NCBI GenBank assembly: GCA_944383975.1
Contig: CALWRN010000051.1
Span: forward strand, 1 to 49,247
DNA: 49,247 bases
Direction: 5' to 3'
Source of the DNA: an uncultured Clostridia bacterium
GTDB taxonomy: Bacteria > Bacillota > Clostridia > Christensenellales > UBA1242
Part shown: positions 42,501 to 46,768 of the stretch, one piece after another
How positions within the stretch are numbered: the stretch's first letter is position 1
Layout of the letters: every line of letters starts with the position of its first letter
Position numbers and translations under genes: made by a program
The notes under the pieces: model-generated
Database searches by the model: none
Seen by the model: only the letters and a program-made list of their open reading frames with translations
What the model was told of the DNA's origin: nothing

Positions 42501-43767
42501 TGCTCAAGAAGGTTATAACTTCTTGTATTGGGAAAATATAGAAACTGGTGAAAAGATTTATGGGGAATTTGATAAGCAAACAGGAAAAACAACCTATGTT
42601 TATGAAAACCCAATTTCTGAACCTCTTTACTTAAAAGCTGTATTTGAAGGCAAGACTGTTATTGTTAACCTTGACTATGCTGATGTTGCTTTGCATCATG
42701 AAATTGTTGGCGTCTATGTAAATGGAGAAATGGTTGAATATGACAAACCATTCACTGCAAGAGTTGGCGATGAAATATCTATTGAAGTTATTAAGCATCT
42801 CGGATATGGATTCAACATGCAAGGTGGAAATTTTGTTCAAAGTGCAAGCGAAAATGGAAACATCAAATTTGCATATACCTTGGCTGTTCCTGAACTTTTA
42901 GCTGTTGATGAAAATGTTTATAAACTTGATTTGGTATTCACATCAACTCGTGAAGAAATTAAATTTACATTCAATATATATGTTGAAGATGCAATTGATG
43001 GAGCAGAAGCATCTAAAGCCGGAAAACTTACTTTCATTGATATCAATGGAAAAGAAAACGATGCTTCAGAAAACAATTTATTCTCTACACCATTTGGACA
43101 AACAGTTTATTTGAAGGTTGAAAGTTATGCAAATTATGAGATAACTCGTATATTACTTCAAATTGATTTGCTTAATGATATAACTGTTTTATTAGATAAT
43201 GGAAGAATTGTAATTGATGAAAACTTCATGGAAACTTACTTTGCTTATAATATTGATATAACTGTTCAATATAAACGCTTAGTTTGGACAGATGAAGAAT
43301 ATCGTTCTACTGCTTTATATGGAAGTGGAACTGAAAGTGATCCATTCTTAATTCAAGATGCAGCTGACATGGCTTTTGTTGCTTATGTGGTTAACAATGG
43401 AATTGTTGTTGGAGAAACTAATTATGCTGATTGCTATTATAAGGTAGTAGCAGATATAGATTTCACTGGCAAATATTGGGAACCAATAGGAACAGAAGAA
43501 AATCCATTCAATGGTGTAATGGATATAGGTGGACATCAACTTTACAATATCTTACACTATAAAAACTATTCAAATCCTTCAACTTCTTATAGTGGATTGT
43601 TCTGGCATATAACTGAAAATGCTCAAATAATTCAAAATGACTATACTTTGATTATTGTGTTATCAGTTATTGGAGGAATTATATTCTTATTACTTCTTAT
43701 ACTTATAATCATCTTGCTTATAAGAAGAAATAAAAAGAATAAACTAGAAGAAATTGCAAATGGTTAA
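24580..43767 (+). CDS. Giant (6395 aa) membrane-anchored adhesin-like surface protein with GLUG/Zmp-related beta-helical ends, InlB B-like repeats, and MBG- and YDG-like domains
   Basis: Signal peptide ending AKA; W.PIG...F.G...G.G..I.N domains at both ends; R.GY.F.GW-type repeats; K.FG..DP (MBG) and K.YD/K.FD (YDG) motifs; C-terminal TM followed by RRNKKNK; no LPXTG. Confidence 0.9.
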   Translation: MFKKAFKSLYVFALMIFALGAIFLIPSLSNKKSAKADGSNLSVSELSEVDNSQELLADSDSNLWSDALVNVSSMKLSSDTTIKIDSNSTKTLSAYKIGSATDLAYFAYAVNNNIGNYRTATYVLTADINLEGAIWTPIGTTNNSFDGIFIGQGFCISNINTADIAIDTASDSVGLFGTISGSGSVSDLRIGGTFFANTTKANVGALVGNNAGEIINCFDETTSKQKYNNGYTNVNAIGSNSGKVYTGLAYFDTNGGEHSSNKGISSGSGNVVGYYVITDSGTFRIANENWYELKRVRVCISNNSVVTTTNMIYSNSAVVLRENANSGDVYPLRTGYKYTIPNPKQGRIELVAGNPFNTNVTFNYQYGSPTNRSHTVSVPYDSTFQAILASYSFLNQRSGFNFNGIYSDANYNEGNKLTETGSADYKKCYVNSNQTVYPKFTAKGNLRYEVIFAIAAGDKSNQQSAYDQVTSAIASVTSLTSQGDDVRNKYWATAGDVNNTNQSTFTVTLKQGYRLATVVGSGGTITDNVANVASGVYVNFNVTTGTGNSYTVNNTNNDAYLPVSASVSGDGTYTITVTNIAGANGQIYLVVERKTYSLTFVPEYVDGLSEGSSVTLSGQGYNISGLTLNYKINERYNLTLKVGGDFVILNSIKATNPNLAENFITATATGTSYGGTIKYYQSYIYNIYIEGEANAVNREVVVKIGYIQSRINVVLKDENGSAIDLNTLGKGLGIIVNADMNDKVNWVSGGQQTVLFHTNSDITDVITSKNNGHYFASSVKIDGVSIGLGFTNVDNQKYYSTLSQNNLITKIYNNDNPSETIIQIEVFYRKQTYGLNVKFKVKKTEDNYGSKPEDNIFNGNTDLYNVTINGQPTLNTSNITGGTKFTVRVELTTRGKAILYGNGNLDCVANIQGTTTGTTEDVNNGFIGSSVSANSSSTSSGNGIWVFDVTVGTYDTDVVLHFNYKKLTMQVNQMYVDNSENSLTGQLLNLNTATSSTFNFQYSDGNISLAGTFGSIEIHSQYYLLDWYLKNGEFVNIGRVNAGNYADITTNENILTDIIGVSAKSVNTPSVTYSNVAAYVVKRTIQVTLTSGNPGFGQIYYNGAFQSDVQSYVASSGLTYGTELSLNSNIFKNLGYTFASWNVSWADGSQTQITNGKLLITDKWYAFFGGSQYTNWSVLCIGTTEKQYQKTSSISLSANWTNITYHISFDGVSTSQIQLGQELTMVVRENAKDGVADYKINGQVSTGSGRNGYIAVSATISAIGGSGVKDITETNGFTFVPANTGLDDAIKKILTEAYYFSANSQDKPIMVTTNREAANYRIYIDGSSAGYYSVAWNGNESALGGVDNGNVYINVTFDTKPDNIKKALDAKNLVITRTGYGIVQNSWKRTTGSMIDTNNIFNITTDIHVVPVWTKTSNTTGSRQNWASDVGSINKFYLYNEHDVLNGFITGSNIGSKTQPEINYTLTNGEKITDFGYEITFTPKGGGTASNSVISGLNLNISNFLKAGTYQVIFYVNVSDTLSDGISYTSRSGVSTFTMEQNEIVFYGNDIHSYYTGTNEFVNVNEGDGGVNTEFGSFLYKYDWNGNDLSIVAGKTEIGEVEDYFNNMSIFEADGNYNVGGNKSLKLYLNIGALGNKYGEIYSDLFSNVTKDGNNYYTYLNTDTDSFVTIEKAKFTITFTSGSAYYFDGVTTIVWTNTSKHQFTSGLSTFTYGYDNITLHEGAQPGTYQGSENHDTDITKFIINGLYIEGHESDLDSNFEWNISKNSSFELLDSKNAIQYNYSPKYLVASGGILAEGLANNYLQKDETLSIVNVMIDGSAVSIPNDAQFSKNVDNKVLFSFVNNNTNSLRIYINNDLLSSGVRLSFGVQVNLSTERSKTLSIISWGNSLDSASYEALFNSAFTATNPYTVTVAANSENKTTYAVMTDVVKLNLDYNGGKKDGKTSETIYLSAMNGNLDVTNPTHDYAGLSFNNYSAPKTSNITVTVSDGKNVIKTVKGGQAENLKASWNFNNIVATQTQTALTKKASVGGFDLGLNEFTNITYPDKTTNKSYTLAHDSMNFNFNSADNTFKIVNANNLAEVSMSGDYVLNVSVTYSDGVQNPQTRTLTYTLKLTIEINTVGITKDNSHLTFNNTNQAGNVTVDLYLNGAKNGSSLLSNLPSTNNSGSGRGFYVTINSTKGYTTINQADTYTVSAHIDSSLTGVYALESGKENITVVVDQFVILLKNYQDQINLSKVFGTADPSPISTTLTIKENANDTVKVEFTRDLGSGSEAIGQHLLTFSKISLAEDEANYDVNADGFEDYFEITVPETKLQVNLGAKLTYTYNGYQLTNLTVEFNGTNYTLKGTAGSQNVEVKFDMYYMAGTSRVEIPQDQKAVYAGYVTFASANANKKAGTYDFNVSLSSSAQGGWSGVEIVNTENAKIVVEKRTITLTGATKTFDQTNQFVYNNTSTAGNTATLVIDNIVTVGDVTDQIQVSGQFAQEFAGQQNITNKNLDNVGDYENYILTMTSGLKILVNPSTEQVDVTSSVNSLVYGTITSGTSISQLLGFVPISYNGGRINNIYITAESYNITDKQFSTGNYLNVKTWDFVYTMSSTNYTFGASVGSVGQKYSKTYTLSITITPVAITINNAQGKTITKQYDGYANVLAGFVNQNVNASDGYYTSSGILTGDVITVVSASYENEKIGNGKVVTATLSGDNNNYTITQNIYGNITNVALIFNKYLETMAWVDDGIDEFGNADALHITYTGDLDAVINTIIAVSSRATRVGYTQTGWTYNDVNMASVDFDKESFLQDAVDNKSVGITINAVWEINKYTVTVDSGANTVVSHDSVTFPKEVSYWDTISDIKVNANEGYTFENVTLNPNNATLSMTGQATNKGTFTLTHITGNLTATIVSEEITVRIIIDYNNPESFIVDTNSAGWTGGIKDRVLKYSELSSQDLPVLYVTTPNTYDFDEWTNVTGNTSLGANIWERIKNAGFDFDFTQDNLTGYTFKATWTEAELSITLNVANTAEVTLYMNDFNGSKLSAQADGTYKIHYNDTVAVKVNSDDWYKWTNTSIVGNVVSISGDITANNQANNKTDGQFVLNTIHSSLTITITIDAIDITFTTSYTKPIGADITEGSGDVSGVYDKDSGNTTLGQVIPYYTPEVGTYTQDYWENGDKQFTSDSPVEDVITSLYGSIPTEDISLALVAHFKGLTYTVTFEKGVPQEGKEAEFIGNDAGKDVVTRQWVYGSIISDIPEIYVEGQTHSWSNGSETYANGSPFITDYPNKSCTMTITADWSNIKYNVQVFFSKNGNETQIINVLVDGSEYTEGQPIQTIFNTNKAFNFTLQTGYEVDALNTRILTDDSSGQGDYTKAKINTSGNIVTISEIHGNITAEVVIKAKDYTITIQKDNAENISQTTFDVSYDQSMTDFFDGVTFARDGYLVDSLKSGTQNFAVSSDGGNSWTFNAPFVQNGVYKNDGNLVLKAYWTSQKTYVTATTTPNNGLYFNGAKQTIANSTLKTLKGDEAVVKGATFANGDKVVDVYYMLDGTRYEIEADNSLLYRNVLDNKDVYIVVALHDTLLDGSDSITYTIQSEPQKITLSPSDITFNDTVLETYYSGTENFNITDNFSEGTWHYADGTQITELTYSKVVIVDGTGLYDVGNNYTVKYYFNATGEFDIANYTGLTAEGSYYTYTTSQVTGTIIQTPVTITVSGMGFENGENQEVISYDISKPDFVSKFDVEITQILTSDSVANVYNTTDQFSITGTVKNGENDKTSNFVWVIAGSYTIVSSDEAYKVVTDVKYFDTKAITDKDDINISLIRYSYNGDTKTVSLDRDFFNLVVSDQLIFSVSSNGTNSPLIQVAIGQTITFTFEIDGTMAVLAWTENPQVDSLLSTLNVIDAEGSRQYSQEFTAETTVNAVLTDYKAVLLSLGDKGGDQGYIYVQLNGATAEAIVQDSWTGFEFARWDTDGSGVSAEGNTISAAADAKITTTTITAIWRLVAPTGNSNDEILRDAKSSYDGLIDPINLIHLLPNGITNKNNVITYSYSWQKGNEVLHSSEDGFTVLANTNSNGTYKLVVTASRSGYTSQSEEFEFTLTINKLTITNATLNTAQFTYANKDFVPDITVTFEGDKLGFDSVNLADMLNHKDNLPYYFTLAGISTTEIKNAGEYTLTLNLEPTIFNNYVYTPTVTVLRADLIISQDDVDAEGLDEKAFGENDPIFSFDRTMFEDGNPEVITITLVRNSGEGVGEYLFNSVSSSADENFNVTLNSDGVIFTIIPSDFTLNIKVDNVISMVYNGGIPTFTTEYSEEQGAWIIKVEDTSSTMTLSYTADDGERYLTGELYKLALNNVSFAMSTAIDVASYFGDSFEVTASEGSNFKTFTMTGQFDITQRPLTIEKVEKVFDRNNVINAQTTVAFSNLVHNDDVVLNGNYSQIVVGDQISLENLTLSGADGNNYYIVNHDFKGVITPLAVSNVVVGVNESAHIYGEINQNTLLQSFIDIVQGVTLSIEGDTNDLINGYATVSGWTVEEQYLSSSSNLKVGRDVVKIVISSDNFTGLAVDGYEVTLIIDKLELDLSTVAIVKNYDETTDMPKDLDTNIDDYIISGDIVSIDKDASKYADSGVGTAIKVTLVLKGDDSANYKVKDNVTGIINEYSITFIVNANTEDLALVSDGAFVDDGESPVITESSFSFKYPATMTSDEIIKAMRFPSRKGYTPVGWKYLEGDEYISITSDNVVALLKQIANDETNTTSQITIYTVWEIDRYDITVTGNNMESFEVTGTNVTGTSETGYTVRYFSDITISVVGERGYKVRAYNIAQGDNRGNDLSDVGNNTGVAFIEKVGSNVDFVVTFDEIVITINIDANIPDFTERTDKLSLVYNYNYSQLASLTKENLPALTVTAGTYTLTGYNYNNDVAINSETLQQIIDTLFPVLSTDVETTFKAVWTGENYKVTFDPQGGSLVGTNPINVVYGSAFEEAFPIAHISGKSNLWFAPDGTYYEDGDVFHSIGTVNTDGGYKITLTAEWHNNPYDLTLEFNDKLSITTSEGYVVTSGDEFEIIYEETSLVIMVTPDQGYIFDVVNKDTFNGDVLVEGNKVTISNLIEDGTLTLTSLPDDNTLSISINYIDGYKVKVDGVPYEKEDLSRIIAKTESEVEITFTAKKGYEFDEKSAYLTGNGDIETLISEDKKTLTVTWKNFVDDATLITTGVPSDNIITIPDISDMFESLSLNGQNINVNGDTFTIKTAQTLTIIGSLCYGYENAVMTSTLPEGSIVSQLNTWVNADKAFSFSAVVDNIDENFEINFTVDERTYNFVVAVTEGQEEFGTIVSDANVTAQFNDQITLQENTIRNDYIFAGWTIADTILSVDSQFVLNIDNSIKNLLESFEHDTEIYIYATYKEKIFTVTFTTGNKGEYTFSQDGIDPVRVYGTNTVVKDLNLGSDIVITLKPDEGYEFDKVLIDDEEATEDQFTFNEEDNIVTIPVPVNDPMTSIQITFKASEAYVSVQAGVQISYDVNLGSNEGGNVYIANAQGEIYDEESGLYLDNNGTLIFGADYKFMSYTDETIYFVAVPKSGFTAMMKCLNNQVIMREFDVGDVHVYSFSGVRDGMQVQAIFTAKENSVELKYVVEGSTDVVIGGKIVVDTSSAFVSASSNSTQNVTVGIITGADLIFTANSGIAYNLVANEDGTLKYNIVYQDEDTFEGVITAGQVNEADIITTGYSNTAEFSITGVNTSAIIYIYVQPKTYNLRFYVNENQSVVLNNALIYGEEFSIAGLSDEERSVIFQERSGFTLGGYFTKQLGQGKQYLDKDGNILSNWLEDGYTYNGLIYEPDTNFSVSENTFTIYAAWIYNKSSITINFIPDGFDNKLSTVEIDDIIVNINTTTVWTSQDNKWYAEVISGTSLKIQAYEYEGYEFKYWLISVDGGEPVVKASTFEMSFPQGKYVIEAVYYPKFSIEIENLQNGLAIGGTSSLIQNGVPVTGLSYDPAQQITLEAVAQEGYNFLYWENIETGEKIYGEFDKQTGKTTYVYENPISEPLYLKAVFEGKTVIVNLDYADVALHHEIVGVYVNGEMVEYDKPFTARVGDEISIEVIKHLGYGFNMQGGNFVQSASENGNIKFAYTLAVPELLAVDENVYKLDLVFTSTREEIKFTFNIYVEDAIDGAEASKAGKLTFIDINGKENDASENNLFSTPFGQTVYLKVESYANYEITRILLQIDLLNDITVLLDNGRIVIDENFMETYFAYNIDITVQYKRLVWTDEEYRSTALYGSGTESDPFLIQDAADMAFVAYVVNNGIVVGETNYADCYYKVVADIDFTGKYWEPIGTEENPFNGVMDIGGHQLYNILHYKNYSNPSTSYSGLFWHITENAQIIQNDYTLIIVLSVIGGIIFLLLLILIIILLIRRNKKNKLEEIANG

Positions 43768-43770
43768 AAA

Positions 43771-43806
43771 AAAGATACTCTATGACTTTTGTTATAGAGT
43801 ATTTTT
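43771..43806 (+). terminator. Intrinsic terminator of the giant gene
   Basis: ATACTCTATGAC-TTTT-GTTATAGAGTAT followed by a T-tract. Confidence 0.85.
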
Positions 43807-44020
43807 TGTTCAATAAATAAATTAAAAAATAAAAATAAATAAAAATAAATATAAAAATAATTTTTATAAATTAAAAAATATTTTATTTATTAATATAAAT
43901 TAAAAAATAATATTAAAAAATAAAAAATAAAATAATTTTGATAAAATAAATAAAATAAATTTAAAATATTATTTTATTTATTGGTTTTAATTATTATTTT
44001 GTGATAAAATAAAAATATAA

Positions 44021-45034
44021 ATGGAAAAGTCAAAAAAGAATAAAGTTTTGTTTGCAATATTATGGGCAGTTTTTATAATTCTTGGTGTCCTTACTTTATC
44101 TTTGCTTTATGTTTTTGTATGGAAAGTTCCGACTTATACAATATCTCTTTCAAGCAATATTGATATGCAAGATATTTTGCAAGGAGAAGGAGAATATGCT
44201 AGGGGTGATGAGGTTACAATTACAGCTTCTAAAGTTGATGGCTATAGTTTTGTAAACTGGACATATAATGATAATATTGTTAGTGATGATTATACTTATA
44301 CTTTTATTATTTCGGATAAAAATTATGGAACTTATAAGGCTAACTATCAACAAAGAGATTACTCAATAAAAATACAGCAAATGAATGGCTCAGTTGAAGT
44401 GAAAGAAAGTGCAAAAGCCGGTGAAAGTGTTTTAATTGAAAATATTATTCCTGATAAAGGTTATATGCTGGAAAGAATGTATTACAGTGAATATGGTTCT
44501 GTTGAAATGGTAGAAATTAAAGACAACACATTTATTATGCCTGCAAGTAGCATTACAATATATGTAATATTTGAGCCTATTGAATATAGAATAGAAGTTG
44601 CAACTGACGAAAATTACAAATTAAACATTTTGCAAAGCAATGCAAATTATCAACAAGAAATAGAAGTTTATGCTGAAGCTATATATGGTTATGAAATCAG
44701 CAAAATTTATTATTTAAGTGAAGATGGAACAACACAAATAGAAATTTTAAACAATAAATTTAATATGCCTGCATACTCAGTCAAGATTTATGCCGAAGTT
44801 CAAATTGCAAATTATACTATAACTTACAATCTTAATGGTGGAGAAGCGTCAAATTTGGTTTATACATATACAATATTTACTACGCCAATTATCGTTCCAA
44901 ATCCAACTAGAGAGGGATATGTATTTTTAGGCTGGATTGGAGATGGATTGACAATTGCAACAAAAGATTTAATCATTGATGGTATTTCTGGAAATATGGA
45001 ATTGTCTGCACTATGGGAAAAAATTTCTAATTAA
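44021..45034 (+). CDS. N-terminally anchored protein with divergent InlB B / bacterial repeat domains
   Basis: N-terminal TM; G.G.Y..G..VTITA...GY.F..W; P..GY repeats; final Y.LNGG...NPTREGYVFLGW...L.A.W repeat. Confidence 0.8.
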   Translation: MEKSKKNKVLFAILWAVFIILGVLTLSLLYVFVWKVPTYTISLSSNIDMQDILQGEGEYARGDEVTITASKVDGYSFVNWTYNDNIVSDDYTYTFIISDKNYGTYKANYQQRDYSIKIQQMNGSVEVKESAKAGESVLIENIIPDKGYMLERMYYSEYGSVEMVEIKDNTFIMPASSITIYVIFEPIEYRIEVATDENYKLNILQSNANYQQEIEVYAEAIYGYEISKIYYLSEDGTTQIEILNNKFNMPAYSVKIYAEVQIANYTITYNLNGGEASNLVYTYTIFTTPIIVPNPTREGYVFLGWIGDGLTIATKDLIIDGISGNMELSALWEKISN

Positions 45035-45078
45035 AAACTATTATTGATTTTATTTGTTGTTAACATAAATCTTTTTGC

Positions 45079-45107
45079 TTGACAAATTTCAGTAATTAAA
45101 CTATAAT
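45079..45107 (+). promoter_or_regulatory. Consensus sigma-A promoter of rpsF-ssb-rpsR (TTGACA-17-TATAAT)
   Basis: Perfect hexamers with 17-nt spacer. Confidence 0.9.
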
Positions 45108-45130
45108 CATAATCAAGCAGTAGTTTACTG

Positions 45131-45179
45131 TCCTTGTTTTTTGTGCAAAACAAAAAACCATTTTTGTCCAAAAGGAGGT
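45131..45179 (+). ncRNA. S6:S18-binding rpsF leader (ribosomal autoregulatory RNA)
   Basis: TCCTTG-[TTTTTTGT/GCAAA/ACAAAAAA hairpin]-CCA-TTTTT-GTCCAAAAGGAGGT has the architecture of the Firmicutes rpsF leader: CCR motif, 5' arm pairing with the SD. Confidence 0.75.
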
Positions 45180-45185
45180 ATAGAT

Positions 45186-45467
45186 ATGAATAAGTATGAA
45201 CTTCTTTATATCATTTCATCAGATGTTGCTGAAGAAAAACGTGAAGAACTTATTAAAAAGTTCTCAACTTACGTTGAAAATAAAAAAGGCACTGTTGACG
45301 GAATAGATAAATGGGGGATGAGAAAATTTGCTTATCCAATCAACTTCAAAAACGAAGGATTCTATGTTTTAATGAATGTTACTATGAATCCTGAAGATGT
45401 TGATGCCATGGCAAAACTCATGAACATAACAGAAGGAATTGTTCGTCAAATGTTTGTTAGAAAGTAA
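45186..45467 (+). CDS. rpsF: 30S ribosomal protein S6; start corrected to 45186
   Basis: MNKYELLYII, WGMRKFAYPI, GFY; AAGGAGG RBS. Confidence 0.97.
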   Translation: MNKYELLYIISSDVAEEKREELIKKFSTYVENKKGTVDGIDKWGMRKFAYPINFKNEGFYVLMNVTMNPEDVDAMAKLMNITEGIVRQMFVRK

Positions 45468-45488
45468 GACGAATTTAAGGAGATTATA

Positions 45489-45896
45489 ATGAATAAGGTT
45501 GTTTTAATAGGAAATTTAGCAAGAGACCCTGAAATCACTACAACAAATAGTGGAGTTTCTGTTTGCAGATTCTCAATCGCTGTTCCAAGAAGATTTTCTT
45601 CTGACGGCTCTAATCAAGCAGATTTCTTCAATATTGTTGTTTGGAGAGGACTTGCTGAAAATTGTCATAAATTTTTGAAAAAAGGTTCAAAATGTGCAAT
45701 TACTGGAAGAATTCAAAACTCATCTTATGAAGCAAGTGACGGAACTAAACGTTACACAACAGAAATTGTTGCTGATGATGTTGAATTTTTAGGAACTAAA
45801 TCAACAGATGGATCAGATTCTTCTTCTAAACCAGCTATGCCAGCTTCTGACACAGCAGAACTTGAACCAATTGATGATGACAGTTTACCATTTTAA
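45489..45896 (+). CDS. ssb: Single-stranded DNA-binding protein
   Basis: MNKVVLIGNLARDPE, ADFFNIVVW, acidic DDDSLPF tail. Confidence 0.97.
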   Translation: MNKVVLIGNLARDPEITTTNSGVSVCRFSIAVPRRFSSDGSNQADFFNIVVWRGLAENCHKFLKKGSKCAITGRIQNSSYEASDGTKRYTTEIVADDVEFLGTKSTDGSDSSSKPAMPASDTAELEPIDDDSLPF

Positions 45897-45985
45897 CCTA
45901 ATTATAAATTTATAAATCTGATATAAGATTTTGTTTTTAATTTAAAATTTTGTTTATTTAATATAGACATTAAAAGGAGTTTATC

Positions 45986-46252
45986 ATGGCTGAAGCAGTT
46001 AAAACTGAAGAAAAGGTTGTTGTAAAGAAATTTCGCAAACCTACTTCAAAGAAAAAAGTTTGTGCTTTTTGCGTAGCAGGTGAAAAAACTATTGATTATA
46101 AAGATTTAGCAAAGATTAAGAAATATGTTACTGAAAAAGGTAAGATAATTCCAAGACGTCAAACTGGTGTTTGCTCATATCATCAACGTGAACTTTGCAC
46201 TGCTATAAAGAGAGCAAGAAATATGGCTTTACTTCCATATGTTGGAGATTAA
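45986..46252 (+). CDS. rpsR: 30S ribosomal protein S18 (Zn-binding form)
   Basis: CAFC, IDYKD, GKIIPRR.TG.C..HQR, IKRAR. Confidence 0.97.
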   Translation: MAEAVKTEEKVVVKKFRKPTSKKKVCAFCVAGEKTIDYKDLAKIKKYVTEKGKIIPRRQTGVCSYHQRELCTAIKRARNMALLPYVGD

Positions 46253-46331
46253 TTAAAATTATGGTATAAAATTGCTTTATATAATAATTGTCAATTTATT
46301 ATACCTTTTGAAATAAAATAGGAGGCAAATT

Positions 46332-46535
46332 ATGAAAAAAGATATTCATCCAGATTATCATGAAGTTACCGTAGTTTGTGCATGTGGAAATACTTTCAAA
46401 ACAAAGTCAAATGTTAAAGGTGATACATTAAGTATTGATATTTGCAATAAATGTCACCCATTCTTCACAGGAAAGAAAAAAGTGGTTGACGCAAGTGGTA
46501 ACGTTGAAAAATTCAATAAAAAATATGGTTTATAA
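46332..46535 (+). CDS. rpmE: 50S ribosomal protein L31 (Zn-binding form)
   Basis: [30 protein letters not shown]. Confidence 0.97.
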   Translation: MKKDIHPDYHEVTVVCACGNTFKTKSNVKGDTLSIDICNKCHPFFTGKKKVVDASGNVEKFNKKYGL

Positions 46536-46554
46536 TAAAAACCATATAAATGTT

Positions 46555-46584
46555 AAAAAACACACATTTATTGTGTGCTTTTTT
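46555..46584 (+). terminator. Probable terminator after rpmE
   Basis: CACACA-TTTAT-TGTGTG followed by a T-tract. Confidence 0.55.
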
Positions 46585-46707
46585 ATTTTTAAGGATATAA
46601 TAAAAGGCAGTTTTCATAAAAGTTTTATTAATTGTTAATGTTAAATAATTATTAATGTTAAAAATATAAAATTTAATTTTTTGTTTTTATTTTAATGTAT
46701 ACATTAA

Positions 46708-46736
46708 TTGACCAAGAGTTGCAATTTTGTTATACT
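46708..46736 (+). promoter_or_regulatory. Putative sigma-A promoter (TTGACC-17-TATACT, TG extension) of the last gene
   Basis: Hexamers at 46708-46713 and 46731-46736; AAAGGA RBS downstream. Confidence 0.75.
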
Positions 46737-46768
46737 GAAAAAAAGATAGCAAAAGGATAGTATAAAAA

